This document shows, one piece after another, positions 62,701 to 64,000 of a stretch of DNA of 64,000 nt (position 1 is the first letter of the stretch; every line of letters begins with the position of its first letter). Source of the stretch: Geosiphon pyriformis uo1 (taxonomy: Eukaryota > Fungi > Glomeromycota); contig JAAOMT010000779.1 in assembly GCA_016748015.1 (NCBI GenBank), positions 186,001 to 250,000 on the forward strand, given 5' to 3'. Under the pieces are notes generated by a model. It was given only the letters and a program-made list of their open reading frames with translations. It made no database searches and had not been told where the DNA came from. Made by a program: the position numbers and the translations under genes.

Positions 62701-64000
62701 AAAGCATTCTTAACAACCAAACCAACAGCAAAGATAAGAGATTGCATTGTCATATTCTTTAAAACTGAAAAATTGTCCCTATGCAAAACATCAAAAATAC
62801 TACATGCCAACAAGATCCTGTTTGAGAGAATTTTAGAAAAAATTTTATGTGCTGTCTCAATTAAAGCAATTAACCAAGTGTTAGTAAGAACATCTTTCCA
62901 CTTATAAGGCTTAGGGATCATTAAGATCCAAGCTTTTTTTCAAGCTTGGAATACTGATTCACAAGACAAACAAGAGTTCAAAATCACCAAAAGCATATCC
63001 AAAACTGTCTTGTCATAATGTTTTCAGAGTTTATTTGAGATCCCAGAAAGACCAGCAGTCTTACCATCAGACAAATTAGAAACCACACCAAACAGCTTAT
63101 CAAAGCCAACTGGATCCATTATATTCGAGAAAGTATCATCAAAAATGTACTCCAAAAGCTGATATTGACAAAACCACTCATCAGAAAAATTAGCTTCCAC
63201 TCCACACTTTCTAGTCCAGTTTTCTATTATCAAGTCTACCTCAGTCTTAACCAGTTTAAGTTTCAGAATCAGTTCATCCTTGACAACCAGATAGTCTAAA
63301 ACCACTCTTCAAAAAGAATGCTTCAGCACACTTCTGATTGTATGACCCTTATCAACTGCAAAATTTTCCATTTTTTTATTAATAACTGACCTAATTCTTG
63401 ACTCTTTAGCTCGTAAAGACTCAGCAAGCTTGAAGACATAATAAGATTTTCTTACATTGAAAAAAGCCGAACACACATGATCAAAACTTACACTAAAGTC
63501 TACAAGATCCTAAATAACTAAAGTTTTGTCACTGTTCAAAGAATTTTAGCATTTTATAAGAGAAACAAACCTGTCAAGACTCTTTTCATAAGAAGTCCTA
63601 ACAATTTTTGAAACTAAAAGCTCCAATTTATGAATCTTAGAAGAATTTCTGGTGAAAACATCATCATAGCTCTTGAACCATTTTTTTTGAATATTTTATT
63701 AGCCAAAAAAGTTATTATTTTGTGAACAATGTTTTATATTACACTCAGATCTGAAAACTTCATAAAGACTGTAAACTTGTCAGAAAACATTGCTATATTG
63801 GCAGCTGTAACTATTTTGAAATCATTTTACTTCATATCATCAGCACCCTTAAAATCAAATTTTTATCAGTCTCTATTAGCCTGCTTGCAAATAGAGTTTA
63901 ACTGCATATCTAAAAGCCCACTTAAACTCACAAACATAAAAACTGCTTGGTGATTAGTGTCAAAATGTTCACTGACATTTATAATATTGTAATCCACCAC
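59800..64000 (-). mobile_element. Degenerate LINE ORF2 (RT, RNase H, C-terminal Cys/His region) with 3' UTR; continues beyond the window
   Basis: KTAGLSGISN, TNTWLIALIETAHKIFSKI, LVLQDIKKAYDSIG, LDQGEV, AFVDNTI (decayed FVDD), YHYLDIFL. RNase H VYTNSS...LVKLQAI.LAL...TDS. ORF ends at 59934; A-rich tail on the minus strand. Confidence 0.92.

Overview
AT-rich, intron-containing fungal genomic window. It is most consistent with Glomeromycotina/Mucoromycota (Geosiphon-like); this is an inference from gene structure and TE content. A compact, CpG-retaining island of six genes in three head-to-head pairs spans ~6.2-20 kb: GH15 hydrolase, Rpa14/Ker1-like protein, ARG7, Swi5/Sae3, F-box/WD40 and a DUF4211/CCDC82-like protein. 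The island includes a 1375-bp exact duplication around an N gap that is probably an assembly artefact. The rest is a nested TE landscape decayed by C>T/G>A transitions: three RNase H-type LINE copies, three full-length Ty3/Gypsy elements (G1 23966-44665 -, G2 26516-37313 -, G3 46361-58292 +) and seven solo or gap-containing LTRs, all bounded by 4-bp TSDs. The main discovery is that the three diverged Gypsy copies share an unusual retrovirus-like, polycistronic layout. A conserved GUG start leads into an AUG-depleted N-terminal extension, then a single-frame Gag-ZnK-PR-Cys-rich domain-dUTPase-RT-RNase H ending in a conserved stop. A separately initiated integrase ORF follows, then an accessory non-env ORF that runs into the PPT/LTR. 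All 10 readable TSDs are centred on CG/TG/CA and never on TA. All coordinates and counts were read by eye.
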